Positions 49,451-59,375 of a DNA stretch of 64,000 nt are shown here, piece by piece. The stretch comes from an uncultured Clostridia bacterium. Lineage in GTDB: Bacteria > Bacillota > Clostridia > Christensenellales > UBA1242. The notes beneath the pieces are model-generated. The model saw only the letters and a program-made list of their open reading frames with translations, was not told where the DNA came from and did not search any database. The stretch spans positions 10,062 through 74,061 of the forward strand of contig CALVLZ010000009.1 in NCBI GenBank assembly GCA_944341445.1, in the 5' to 3' direction. Each line of letters opens with the position of its first letter. Within the stretch, counting starts at the first letter, position 1. Made by a program: the position numbers and the translations under genes.

Positions 49451-52400
49451 TTATATAACTTTTATAAATTCATCTTCAATGTAAGCATGAAGTTCACTAA
49501 TTAAGAAACTATCAGTGTTAACTTTTATGTTTAACTTGAATGCTTTGTTTTGTTTTGTGCATTTAACAATAACTTCTGAATTTCCCGGATATGATTTTAA
49601 TGTTTGGAATATATCGTTTGATAATTCACTATTTGTTAAATCATATTTTAAACATAATGTTTTAGTTTTGTTTACAATTGGGCTTTGAACTTTATCGCTA
49701 GTTGAATTATTTTCTTCATCTTTCCACAAAGTAACATTATCAACAATAACACAAGGAGATTCACCATCTCTAAAGTTTAACTTTCCTGAAATTGTTACAA
49801 GTTCATCTTCAACTAATAATTTTTTAAATTTTGCGTATGCTCTTGGGAACACTATACACTCAATTGTTCCATACAAATCTTCAATTGTAACAAATCCCAT
49901 TTCTTCATTTTTCTTAGTCATTGAACGCTTTAAGTATGTAATCATACCACCACAAGTAACACGCATACCTTCAGTTAATCCATTATCGTTCATAACAGAA
50001 TCTTCAAGCATTTGACCTTCTTCCATTCCTTCTTCGTCATCACTATCGTTGTTAACTTTAATCATATCACTTTTTAAGTTAAAGCCATTATACTTATCAA
50101 TATACTTGCTAAGTGGGTGACCTGAAACATAAATACCAACAACTTCTTTTTCTAGTTTTAACTTTTCTGTTTCATCAAATTCTGGAATATTTGGATATTC
50201 AACATCATTAATTGCATCGTCTTTTAAAATTGTGTCAAACATAGAAATTTGTCCACGTTCAACAACTTTTCTATCTGCAGATGCTCTGTTAACAATAGTA
50301 GGATAAACTCTCATTAGTTGTGAACGAGTTTTTCCAAAACAATCAAAAGCACCACTTAAAATCATACTTTCAATACATCTTTTGTTTAAAACTTTTGCAT
50401 CCATTCGATTTATAAAATCTTCTAAAGATTTAAAGTTACCATTTTTGTTTCTTTCTTCACAAATTAAATCACAAACACCAATTCCAACATTTTTTAAAGC
50501 TGCAAGTCCAAAACGAATTTCTTTATTTTTTGTTGTGAAATAAGTTTCACTTTTATTAATATCTGGTGGCAATACTTTAATTTTTTCTTCTCTTGCATAT
50601 GTTATGTAATCTGAAACTTCATCTGAAGTTGTTATTCTATTATTTAAAACACTTGTTAAAAATTCTGTTTCATAATAACACTTTAAATATGCAGTTTGAT
50701 ATGTTACACAAGAATATGCTGCAGCGTGTGACTTATTAAACGCATATTTAGCAAACTCTTTCATTTGGTCCCAAATATCTTTTGCAATTTCTTCTGGAAC
50801 GCCTCTTTTAATTGCACCATCAACAGCAGCCTTGCCATCTGAATCATCTTTACCATATAAGAATACTTCACGTTCTAGTTCCATATCCTTAATTTTCTTT
50901 TTACCCATCATCTTTCTAACAAGGTCCGCACGTCCTAAAGTGTAACCTGCAAGTTTTTGGCATATTTGCATAACTTGTTCTTGATAAACAATACATCCAT
51001 ATGTTACTTCCAAAATTTGTTTTAATTCTGGAACAGCATATGTAACATCTTGAGGATTATGTTTGTTGTGAACATATTTTGGAATACTATCCATAGGACC
51101 TGGTCTATACAAAGAAACACCCGCAACAATATCTTCTAAACAAGTTGGTTGCAAATCTTTCATAAACTTTTGGAAGCCACCACTTTCAAGCTGAAATATC
51201 GCTTTAGTGTTACCTGACGCAATTAATTTAAACACGTTAGGGTCGTCATATGTGCAGTTTGAAAAATCAATATCAACTCCGTAATTTTCTTTTATATAAA
51301 TTTTCGCTTTGTTAATATCGTTTAAGTTTCGCAAGCCCAAAAAGTCCATTTTTAAGTGGCCTAATTCCTCTAAATCTCCACCTTCATATTGAGTTGTTAT
51401 ATCTTCGCCGTTTCTAGCAAGTGGTATAAACTTTTCTAACGCGTCCATACCAATAACAACACCACAAGCATGAGTTCCTGGCTGCCTTGGCATACCTTCG
51501 CATTGAATCGCCAAGTCAACAAGTCTTTTAATTTGAGGGTCTGTGTTATACATATCCACCAAATCTTGAATTAAAAAGTCTTCTCTTTTTTCACCTTTTT
51601 CAACATCTGGTTCATACAAACCAAACCATTTTAAAAGCATATTTGTGTCTTTAGTTGCAACATTTGGCATTAATTTTGTTAATTTATTAACTTCTGCAAA
51701 AGGTATTTTTAAAACCCTTGCAACGTCTTTAATTGCGCCTTTTGCTTTCATTCTGCCAATAATAACAATTTTAACAACACGTGGGTCTCCATATTTTTTT
51801 CTAACATATTGAATAACATCGGCACGTCTATCATCGGCAAAGTCAATATCAAAATCGGGTGCACTAACACGTTCTGCATTCAAAAATCTTTCAAAGAATA
51901 GGTCATATTTTAGCGGGTCAATATCTGTTATTCTAATTGCATAAGCAACAATTGAACCTGCACCACTACCACGTCCTGGTCCAACTGGAATTCCCATTGA
52001 TTTTGCAGCATTAATATAATCCCAAACTGTTAAGAAATAGTTAACGAAACCTTGTTTTATAATAACACCAAGTTCCATATCGGCACGGTCTCTAATTTCT
52101 TTTGTTACTGTGCCATATCTTTTAACTAAACCCTCGTCTATTAACTGTTTTAAATATTCAGTTGTATCCATTCCATTTGGAGCATCATATTTTGGCAATA
52201 AGTAATGTCCAAAAACAAAATCAAAATTACATTTTTCCGCAATTTCCAAAGTATTTAATAGTGCTTCTTCTTCAGCTGGAAAAACTTGCAACATTTCATC
52301 ATATGATTTAACATAAAATTCATCTGTATCAAATTTTAATCTATCTGGGTCATCTAAACTTTTACCCATTGCAACACACATTAAAACATCTTGCATTTCT

Positions 52401-53038
52401 GCATCTTTTTTATCAATATAGTGTGCGTCGTTTGTTGCAACAAGTTTTATGTTAAATTTCTTTGAATATTCTTTTAATTTTGTGTATACTTCTAGTTCTT
52501 CTGTTAAACCGTGGTTTTGTATTTCTAAATAAAAATCATCTTTAAACCTTTCTTTAAACCACAAAATTAATCTTTCTGCTTCTTCATAATCTCTGTTTAA
52601 AATTGCTTGTGGAATATCACCAGCAATGCAGGCAGACAATGCAATAACACCTTCTGTGTGTTTTTCCAAAGTTTCTAAATCAATTCTTGGTTTTCCATTA
52701 TAATAACCATCTCTAAACGCAATAGTATTTAACCTTGCAATATTCATATAGCCTTCATCATTTTTTGCAAGCAAAATTAAATGCGCAAGTTTAGGACGTC
52801 CAACTTTATAATGCAAATCTTTTGCAACATAAAATTCACAGCCAAGTATTGGTTTTATACCTGCTTTTTTACACGCTTTATAAAAATGAATTGCTCCGTA
52901 CATATTTCCGTGGTCAGTCATAGCAACAGCAGGCATACCAAGTGCTTTAACTTTTTTAACAAGTTGTGGTATTTTTGCCGCACCATCTAACATACTAAAT
53001 TCAGTGTGAACATGTAAGTGAACAAAATTTTTATCCAT
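49451..53038 (-). CDS. dnaE: DNA polymerase III alpha subunit DnaE
   Basis: 1195 aa with an N-terminal PHP domain (FVHLHVHTEFSMLDG) and polymerase core motifs (GPGRGSGAGS, DFDIDF). A C-terminal OB region is present. Confidence 0.95.
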   Translation of the reverse strand: MDKNFVHLHVHTEFSMLDGAAKIPQLVKKVKALGMPAVAMTDHGNMYGAIHFYKACKKAGIKPILGCEFYVAKDLHYKVGRPKLAHLILLAKNDEGYMNIARLNTIAFRDGYYNGKPRIDLETLEKHTEGVIALSACIAGDIPQAILNRDYEEAERLILWFKERFKDDFYLEIQNHGLTEELEVYTKLKEYSKKFNIKLVATNDAHYIDKKDAEMQDVLMCVAMGKSLDDPDRLKFDTDEFYVKSYDEMLQVFPAEEEALLNTLEIAEKCNFDFVFGHYLLPKYDAPNGMDTTEYLKQLIDEGLVKRYGTVTKEIRDRADMELGVIIKQGFVNYFLTVWDYINAAKSMGIPVGPGRGSGAGSIVAYAIRITDIDPLKYDLFFERFLNAERVSAPDFDIDFADDRRADVIQYVRKKYGDPRVVKIVIIGRMKAKGAIKDVARVLKIPFAEVNKLTKLMPNVATKDTNMLLKWFGLYEPDVEKGEKREDFLIQDLVDMYNTDPQIKRLVDLAIQCEGMPRQPGTHACGVVIGMDALEKFIPLARNGEDITTQYEGGDLEELGHLKMDFLGLRNLNDINKAKIYIKENYGVDIDFSNCTYDDPNVFKLIASGNTKAIFQLESGGFQKFMKDLQPTCLEDIVAGVSLYRPGPMDSIPKYVHNKHNPQDVTYAVPELKQILEVTYGCIVYQEQVMQICQKLAGYTLGRADLVRKMMGKKKIKDMELEREVFLYGKDDSDGKAAVDGAIKRGVPEEIAKDIWDQMKEFAKYAFNKSHAAAYSCVTYQTAYLKCYYETEFLTSVLNNRITTSDEVSDYITYAREEKIKVLPPDINKSETYFTTKNKEIRFGLAALKNVGIGVCDLICEERNKNGNFKSLEDFINRMDAKVLNKRCIESMILSGAFDCFGKTRSQLMRVYPTIVNRASADRKVVERGQISMFDTILKDDAINDVEYPNIPEFDETEKLKLEKEVVGIYVSGHPLSKYIDKYNGFNLKSDMIKVNNDSDDEEGMEEGQMLEDSVMNDNGLTEGMRVTCGGMITYLKRSMTKKNEEMGFVTIEDLYGTIECIVFPRAYAKFKKLLVEDELVTISGKLNFRDGESPCVIVDNVTLWKDEENNSTSDKVQSPIVNKTKTLCLKYDLTNSELSNDIFQTLKSYPGNSEVIVKCTKQNKAFKLNIKVNTDSFLISELHAYIEDEFIKVI

Positions 53039-53050
53039 ATGTACTTCCCT

Positions 53051-54037
53051 TTATTGATTTTTCTTTAATTGTTCTGCAATTTTTTCTAACTTTTTAAACC
53101 TATGGTTTATTCCACTTTTAGAAATATTTTCAGAATATAGTTTTGTTAAATTTTCTAAATTTTCTTCTGGGTTTGCAAGCCTAATTAAACACAATTCATA
53201 TAGCCCTGAATTTAAATTTTCAATTCCAATTGTGTTTTGAATTGTTTTTATTGCTTCTAGTTGTTTAACGGCAGCATTAACAGTTTTGTTTAAGTTTGCA
53301 TTAAAACAATTAACTTGTCTGTTAACGTTGTTTCTAACATCTCTAATTGCTGCTTCATTTTGCAAAAGTAAAACAGCCTTGTTTGCCCCAACTAAAGCTA
53401 ACGCATCACAGATTAACTGATATTCCTTTAAATAAACAATTGGAGAATTTTTTCTAATTGTTATTTTTGCTGGAATTTCAAAAAATTTTAATAGTTCAAC
53501 AAAATCTTCTGCTAATTTTTCAAAATTGAAAACAAATTCTAAGTGATAGCCACTTGTGTTTTTTTGATTTAATGAATTGCTATAATTTTTTATAACTATA
53601 TTGCTTGTTGCACACGCTAAAAAAGCACCTCTTATGTAAGAACGTTTGCAACAGTCACTTTCAATTATAAATGGCATAATTCCATTATAAAAACTAACTG
53701 TGCCATCTGATAATATTTCTGTTAGTCCTAAGTCTTCAAGCAACCTATCCGTAACTAAGTATGGAATTATAATTTTATAATGTTTTTGTTTGGTTGAAAT
53801 TTCATCTTTAACTTCTTCAAAGTTAGCTTCACAACCATAATATTGTTCTAAAATTTCGTTTATTTTTGGATATAGTGCAACAATTTCGGTTGTTATTTCA
53901 ATATATCTTTTGCCATTAGTTAAATTCAAATTGCCACTACATTTTATTATAGCGCTTAAAAAAGCCATTGCACAGCAATCGTTTTGAATTGTTTCACTTA
54001 ATGCTTCCATTTTTGCACTCATAACAAAAGATGCCAT
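53051..54037 (-). CDS. whiA: DNA-binding protein WhiA
   Basis: 328 aa with a degenerate LAGLIDADG-like N-terminal region (IRGAFLACA) and a C-terminal HTH (ISKSGINHRFKKL). GGAGG RBS. Confidence 0.9.
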   Translation of the reverse strand: MASFVMSAKMEALSETIQNDCCAMAFLSAIIKCSGNLNLTNGKRYIEITTEIVALYPKINEILEQYYGCEANFEEVKDEISTKQKHYKIIIPYLVTDRLLEDLGLTEILSDGTVSFYNGIMPFIIESDCCKRSYIRGAFLACATSNIVIKNYSNSLNQKNTSGYHLEFVFNFEKLAEDFVELLKFFEIPAKITIRKNSPIVYLKEYQLICDALALVGANKAVLLLQNEAAIRDVRNNVNRQVNCFNANLNKTVNAAVKQLEAIKTIQNTIGIENLNSGLYELCLIRLANPEENLENLTKLYSENISKSGINHRFKKLEKIAEQLKKNQ

Positions 54038-54049
54038 TATAATAACCTC

Positions 54050-54808
54050 CTAATTTTTATTGTTAAAATTTTTTAAAACAGGTATTTTATCCAAATTTGC
54101 AACTTGCTCATGTGGAATTTTATATTTTTCAATAATATTAAATGCTCTGTTGTTTTCCCCCACTCTTTCAGGTGAATGAGCATCTGAGTTAATAATAAAT
54201 TTAACACCTGTTTTAATCATATCTTTAATTTGTTGGTCTGAGAATTTTATTCTTTTTCCGTTTAACTCTATATATGTGTTATATTCTTTAGCCACTTTTG
54301 CAATTTCAACAGGGTCAACAGTGCAACCTTCTGCACTTAAATGTGCCAAAATATCTATTTTGTTATTTTTTATTGCATTAATATATGCCATTGTGTTTTT
54401 TTGCACTCTTTTTTTGCTTTGCTTAAAAATTTTAAAAGTGTTAGGCAAAAAGAAAGTGAAAAAATCTTTTAAACTGCTTGGTTTAAAACTTTTATGATAT
54501 CCAACAACAATAACATCAAACATATCTTGTTCTTCTTTAGTTACGTCAATTTTGCCGTCTATTGACATTATGTTGCTTTCAATTCCTAACAAAATATCTA
54601 TATCGTATATCTTTTTTAATCTTTCAATTTCTGCTCTCATAACCGGCACATCTTTGCGTTTTATTCCATATGCCATATGAGAAAAACTATGTTCACAAAT
54701 AGCAATTTGTTTTAAGCCTTTTTTCACTGCCCACTTAACATTATCTTCAATGGTTCCTTTGCCATGTGTGAATACTGTGTGAGTGTGATAATCACCGTAT
54801 ATAATCAT
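54050..54808 (-). CDS. PHP-domain phosphoesterase (histidinol-phosphatase-like)
   Basis: 252 aa with GDYHTHT and CEHS motifs and SDAHSPERVG at the C-terminus. The start overlaps the murB end by 17 nt. Confidence 0.75.
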   Translation of the reverse strand: MIIYGDYHTHTVFTHGKGTIEDNVKWAVKKGLKQIAICEHSFSHMAYGIKRKDVPVMRAEIERLKKIYDIDILLGIESNIMSIDGKIDVTKEEQDMFDVIVVGYHKSFKPSSLKDFFTFFLPNTFKIFKQSKKRVQKNTMAYINAIKNNKIDILAHLSAEGCTVDPVEIAKVAKEYNTYIELNGKRIKFSDQQIKDMIKTGVKFIINSDAHSPERVGENNRAFNIIEKYKIPHEQVANLDKIPVLKNFNNKN

Positions 54809-55724
54809 TAAAATCTCCTAAATAAACAATTTCTTCTTGAAGTTTTATACTATAATTTTCATAGATTCTTTTCTTTATATAATTAATTAAGTTTGCAACA
54901 TCTGTTGCTGTTGCATTGCCTAAATTCACAATAAATCCTGCATGTTTTTCACTTACACACGCATCATTAATATTATAACCTTTTAATCTATCTTTATCAA
55001 GCAACTTTGACACAATGATGTTATCCAATTTTTTGAAAACACTTCCCGCACTTGGAAATTCCAAAGGCTGTTTTAATCTTCTTAAATTCATAATTTCGTT
55101 CATATTTTGTTCAATTTCTTTAGAATTTCCATATTTTAATTCTAATTCAACCATTAAAACTATTGCGTTTTTCATTTCTTTTAATTTTGAATATCTATAT
55201 CCAAAGTTTAATTCATCTTTTGTTAAATAATTAACTTTGTTATTAAAATACACATATGCACATTTTACCAAATCACCAATTTGCGTTCCATATGCACCAG
55301 CATTCATATAACACGCACCACCAATAGTTCCAGGGATGCCAAACAAATTTTCCATACCTGATAGACCTTTTAATTTGCAAACCGCACAAACTTTATTTAT
55401 GCTAGCACCAGCATAAGCACAAACAACATTATTCTTAACTTCAACATCTGCAAATTTATTGCTTAATTTAATTATAAAACCATCAAAACCATTATCGCTT
55501 GCTAAAACATTTGTGCCGTTTCCTAAAACAAAATATTTTGCCTTATATTTTTCTAGCACTTTTAATGAATAAAAAACGTCTTCTAAATTTTCAACCGTAA
55601 TAACATACTTGGCTATTCCACCAATTTTAAAACTAGTTAAAGTTTTTAAAAAAACATTTTCTAAAATTTTATTTTTTAATTTTCTTTTTAAAATTTTATA
55701 AACTTTTTTATAATCGCTTTTCAT
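54792..55724 (-). CDS. murB: UDP-N-acetylenolpyruvoylglucosamine reductase
   Basis: The ATG at 55722-55724 is preceded by AGGAG. 310 aa with an FAD-binding segment (TSFKIGG, LGNGTNVL), the catalytic-region motif PSAGSVFK and GFIVN. Confidence 0.9.
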   Translation of the reverse strand: MKSDYKKVYKILKRKLKNKILENVFLKTLTSFKIGGIAKYVITVENLEDVFYSLKVLEKYKAKYFVLGNGTNVLASDNGFDGFIIKLSNKFADVEVKNNVVCAYAGASINKVCAVCKLKGLSGMENLFGIPGTIGGACYMNAGAYGTQIGDLVKCAYVYFNNKVNYLTKDELNFGYRYSKLKEMKNAIVLMVELELKYGNSKEIEQNMNEIMNLRRLKQPLEFPSAGSVFKKLDNIIVSKLLDKDRLKGYNINDACVSEKHAGFIVNLGNATATDVANLINYIKKRIYENYSIKLQEEIVYLGDFNDYIR

Positions 55725-55805
55725 ATAATCTCCTAACAAAAAAACAATTACAAAAAATGTAATTGTTTATATTAATAATTTATTATTAAAAAATTATGCT
55801 TTATG

Positions 55806-57638
55806 TTAATTTTTATGAAAATAATTATAAATGTTGTTCGCAAGTTTATCTCCAATATTAGGAGTCGATTTTAATTCTTCAACACTTGCATTTTTAATTT
55901 TTTCAATGCTTTTAAAATGTGTTAATAATTCTTTTGATTTTTTATTTCCAAGCAATGGAATATTCTTTAACTCACTAAACAAACTTTGCTTTTGTCTTAA
56001 ATTTTTATGAAATGTTATTGCAAATCTATGAGATTCATCTCTAACATTTTGTAAAAGTTTTAACGCATAATCGCTTCTTTCTAAAACAACAGGAACGTTG
56101 GAATTTGGTTTATAAATTTCTTCAAATCTTTCTGCTAAAGAAATCATATTTGTGGTTACTCCACTATTAAGCATTGCTTCATATGCATATTTTAATTGTC
56201 CCATTCCGCCATCAATTAAAATTAAATCTGGCAAATTTTTAAAACTTTCATCTTCACCTTTTTTATATTCTTCAAACCTTCTTTTTAAGGTTTCTTTCAT
56301 GCTTGCAAAATCGTTTATTCCTTCAACTGTTTTTATTTTAAATTTTCTGTAATGACTTTTTTTAGGAAGTCCATTTTCAAACACAACCATACTAGAAACC
56401 TTATTCGTTCCAAAAGTGTTTGAAATATCAAAACCCTCAATTCTTTTAGGAAGATTTGTTAAGTTTAATATATTTTTCAATCTTTCCATTGCACCAAAAG
56501 TTTTTAATTCTGCAATTTTTTCTTTTGCCAAATTTTTTTCTAAATATTCTTTTGCGTTATTTTCTGCCATTGTTAATAATTTTTTCTTAACACCTTTATT
56601 TGGCATAACTAACTCAACTTTATGCTCTGCATTTAAAGTTAACCATTTTTTTAGCTCGTCAAAATTTTCAACATTGTTAACAATTATTGTTTTAGGTATA
56701 AGATTATTGCTTAAATAAAATTGCATTATAAAATTTTGAATATTTTCACTTTCTGCATTTCCTGTTTCTATAATGCTATAATTTGTTGCACCAAGAACTT
56801 TTCCATTTCTAACACTGATAACACAAATATCTGCATAAATGCCATTTGTTGAATATCCAAAAACATCAATAGTTTCATCTTTAACAAGTTCTGTTATAAT
56901 TTGCTCGCCCAATTTTTCAATTTGTTTAATATAATCTCTATATAATCTTGCTCGTTCAAATTGCAAATTATCTGCACATATTTGCATTTTTTTGGTTAAC
57001 ACTTCTTTTGCATATTTTAAATCTCCGTTTAAAAATGCAATAACTTTGTTTATTTCTTGCAAATATTCTTGTTTTGAAACTTTACCTGTACAAGGAGCCA
57101 AGCATTCATTAATAAAATAACTTAAGCACTCCCTTTTAATTGTTTTACCCTCTTTTATACTTAAAGAGCAATTTCTAATTCCAAAAGTGCAATTAATTAT
57201 ATCTAACAAATCTCTGGCATTAATACTTCCAAAAAAAGGTCCAAAATATTTTGCGCCATCTTTTTTTAGTTTTCTTGTTAGTTCAACAACAGGAAAATCC
57301 TGTTTTAAATTAATTTTTAAAAATGGATGAGCTTTACCATCCTTTAACAAAATATTATAAAAGGGCTGATTTTTTTTAATTAAATTTGCCTCTAAATTTA
57401 AAGCCTCTAGTTCTGAATTAACAATAATATAATCAAAATCATAAACATGTTCAACCATCTGTTTAACTTTTTCTGGTTTGTGATTGTTAATAAAATATTG
57501 GCTTACTCTGTTTTTTATTTTTTTTGCTTTTCCAACATAAATAATATTGCCATATAGGTCTTTCATAATGTAAACACCTGGCAATAATGGCAAATCTTTA
57601 ACTTTTAACTTAATTCTTTCAATAATATTTTTATCCAT
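55806..57638 (-). CDS. uvrC: Excinuclease ABC subunit C
   Basis: 610 aa with an N-terminal GIY-YIG motif (GVYIMKD...IYVGKA), a UvrBC-interaction region, an endonuclease V-like domain and a C-terminal HhH. Confidence 0.95.
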   Translation of the reverse strand: MDKNIIERIKLKVKDLPLLPGVYIMKDLYGNIIYVGKAKKIKNRVSQYFINNHKPEKVKQMVEHVYDFDYIIVNSELEALNLEANLIKKNQPFYNILLKDGKAHPFLKINLKQDFPVVELTRKLKKDGAKYFGPFFGSINARDLLDIINCTFGIRNCSLSIKEGKTIKRECLSYFINECLAPCTGKVSKQEYLQEINKVIAFLNGDLKYAKEVLTKKMQICADNLQFERARLYRDYIKQIEKLGEQIITELVKDETIDVFGYSTNGIYADICVISVRNGKVLGATNYSIIETGNAESENIQNFIMQFYLSNNLIPKTIIVNNVENFDELKKWLTLNAEHKVELVMPNKGVKKKLLTMAENNAKEYLEKNLAKEKIAELKTFGAMERLKNILNLTNLPKRIEGFDISNTFGTNKVSSMVVFENGLPKKSHYRKFKIKTVEGINDFASMKETLKRRFEEYKKGEDESFKNLPDLILIDGGMGQLKYAYEAMLNSGVTTNMISLAERFEEIYKPNSNVPVVLERSDYALKLLQNVRDESHRFAITFHKNLRQKQSLFSELKNIPLLGNKKSKELLTHFKSIEKIKNASVEELKSTPNIGDKLANNIYNYFHKN

Positions 57639-57683
57639 ATAATTATTATAAACTAAAAATTAAAAATATTAAATAAAAAAATA

Positions 57684-58025
57684 TTAATTTGCAAGTAAAT
57701 AATCAACTCCATTAAGCATAACATCGTTAATTGATGGGTTTGAAATGCTGTAATATATTATTTTTCCTTCTCTTCTGCTTTTAACTGCCCCGTTTGTTTT
57801 TAAAAACTTTAATTGGTGGCTAACAGTTGTTTGATTAATGTTTAAAACAACACTAATATCATTAACACACATTTCGCACAAGCATAAAGCTGTTAAAATT
57901 TTAATTCTAGTATAATCAGCAAAAACACTAAAAAAAGATGCAAGTTTATTTAAAGTGTTGTCTGTTGGCATATATGTATTAATATCATTTTGTTGTTTTT
58001 GTTGTAATAAAATAATTTTTTCCAT
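57684..58025 (-). CDS. ArsR/SmtB-family transcriptional regulator
   Basis: Of the two ATGs, the one at 58025 has proper spacing from GGAGA. 113 aa with a winged HTH (VSHQLKFLK) and a Cys-containing alpha3 segment (LCLCEMCVNDI). Confidence 0.8.
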   Translation of the reverse strand: MEKIILLQQKQQNDINTYMPTDNTLNKLASFFSVFADYTRIKILTALCLCEMCVNDISVVLNINQTTVSHQLKFLKTNGAVKSRREGKIIYYSISNPSINDVMLNGVDYLLAN

Positions 58026-58150
58026 AATCATTCTCCTTTAAATTTATATAAATATTTTAAAATAAATAAAAAATTAAATAAATTTTGCACAATAACTTAT
58101 TTTGTAGCATATTAGTTTATAATAAAGTTTTTTGTTGAAAGGAGAGATAA

Positions 58151-58342
58151 ATGAACATATCAAATGACATTTTGTTAATTTTGCTTTTAAGCATATTTAC
58201 AAATGCTGCAGATGTTGACTTGAACACTAACACAAACTTTTTGTTATTGCTTCTATTAGTTCTTGCTAACGACACAAATAATTCTGGTTGCGGATGTAAT
58301 TGCAGAAATTGCAACAGAAATTGTCCGTTTGCTAATCAATAA
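58151..58342 (+). CDS. Small hydrophobic Cys-rich peptide (63 aa)
   Basis: Strong RBS AAAGGAGAG at 58138-58146, ATG at 58151. It has two Leu-rich hydrophobic stretches and a C-terminal GCGCNCRNCNRNC. A hairpin terminator follows. It is divergent from the ArsR-type gene. Confidence 0.5.
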   Translation: MNISNDILLILLLSIFTNAADVDLNTNTNFLLLLLLVLANDTNNSGCGCNCRNCNRNCPFANQ

Positions 58343-58345
58343 AAA

Positions 58346-58373
58346 AATGTGGAGATATATTCCACATTTTTTT
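58346..58373. terminator. Bidirectional terminator between the Cys-rich peptide gene and trpS
   Basis: aatgtgga (58346-58353) / tccacatt (58361-58368) with a 7-nt loop, flanked by an A-run and a T-run. Confidence 0.7.
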
Positions 58374-59364
58374 AAATTCTATCAACTAATCCTAACTTTT
58401 CATAAACATCTTTAAGTTTATTTTCTGCTAATTTTCTAGCTTTCTCAGCGCCCTTTTTCATAATTTCAAATAAATATTCTTTATTGTTTAATAATTCCAA
58501 ATATTTAGCACGCAAAGGTGAAATAAATTCAATAACACAATTAGCCACTTCACTTTTTAAAGTGCCATAATTTGCGTTTTTAAAACGTTCTTCAGCACTT
58601 TCAATTGATATATTTTTTAGGCACGCATAAATAGTTAATAAGTTGCTAACACCTGGTTTGTTTTCCACATCATATTTAACAAAATTATCACTATCTGTAA
58701 CGGCTTTTTTAATTTTCTTAATTATTGTTTCATCACTATCTTCTAAGAATATTGTTCCTGTGTCTCCATTAACACTTTTGCTCATTTTCTTTGTTGGGTC
58801 GTTTAATCCTGTTATTTTAAAACCAACTTTGTTTAATTGTGGTTCTGGAATTGCAAAAGTTTCTCCAACTTTGTTGTTAAACCTGATTGCAATGTTTCTT
58901 GCAAGTTCAACGTGTTGTTTTTGGTCAATTCCAACAGGAACTATTTCAGCATCATATAACAAAATATCTCCAGCCATTAATATTGGGTAGCAAAATAATC
59001 CACAGTTAATATTTTTGCTTTTTGCTTGATAATCTTTAAATTGTGTCATTCTAGATGCTTCACCAAATTGCGTAAAGTTATTTAAAACCCACGCCATTTC
59101 TGCGTGTTGTGGAACTTGGCTTTGCATATATAACAAACACTTATCTGGGTCCAACCCCAAACTTAAATAAAACGCAAATATGCTATATGAATTAGAATTT
59201 AATTCTTCTTTTGGCATATTAATTGTTAATGCGTGCAAATCTGCAACACAAATAATGCTGTTATAATCTTCTTGCATTTGTTTTAAAGAATTTCCAACAC
59301 CAATAATATTTCCTAAGGTTATTCTTCCTGTTGGTTTAATTGCTGTGTATAATGTTTTTTTCAT
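58372..59364 (-). CDS. trpS: Tryptophan--tRNA ligase
   Basis: 330 aa of class I type with a HIGH-equivalent segment (TGRITLGN), KMSKS, and GIDQKQHVELARNIA. Confidence 0.95.
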   Translation of the reverse strand: MKKTLYTAIKPTGRITLGNIIGVGNSLKQMQEDYNSIICVADLHALTINMPKEELNSNSYSIFAFYLSLGLDPDKCLLYMQSQVPQHAEMAWVLNNFTQFGEASRMTQFKDYQAKSKNINCGLFCYPILMAGDILLYDAEIVPVGIDQKQHVELARNIAIRFNNKVGETFAIPEPQLNKVGFKITGLNDPTKKMSKSVNGDTGTIFLEDSDETIIKKIKKAVTDSDNFVKYDVENKPGVSNLLTIYACLKNISIESAEERFKNANYGTLKSEVANCVIEFISPLRAKYLELLNNKEYLFEIMKKGAEKARKLAENKLKDVYEKLGLVDRI

Positions 59365-59375
59365 ATTAACTCCAA

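Noticed and set aside
58026-58031. First ATG (58031) as the start of the ArsR-family gene
   Set aside because: The GGAGA RBS abuts this ATG with no spacer. The ATG at 58025 has about 6-nt spacing.
58117-58314. 65-aa minus-strand ORF overlapping the Cys-rich peptide gene
   Set aside because: It has no RBS. The plus-strand ORF has a strong AAAGGAGAG RBS and a terminator, so the plus-strand reading is preferred. Neither is experimentally supported.
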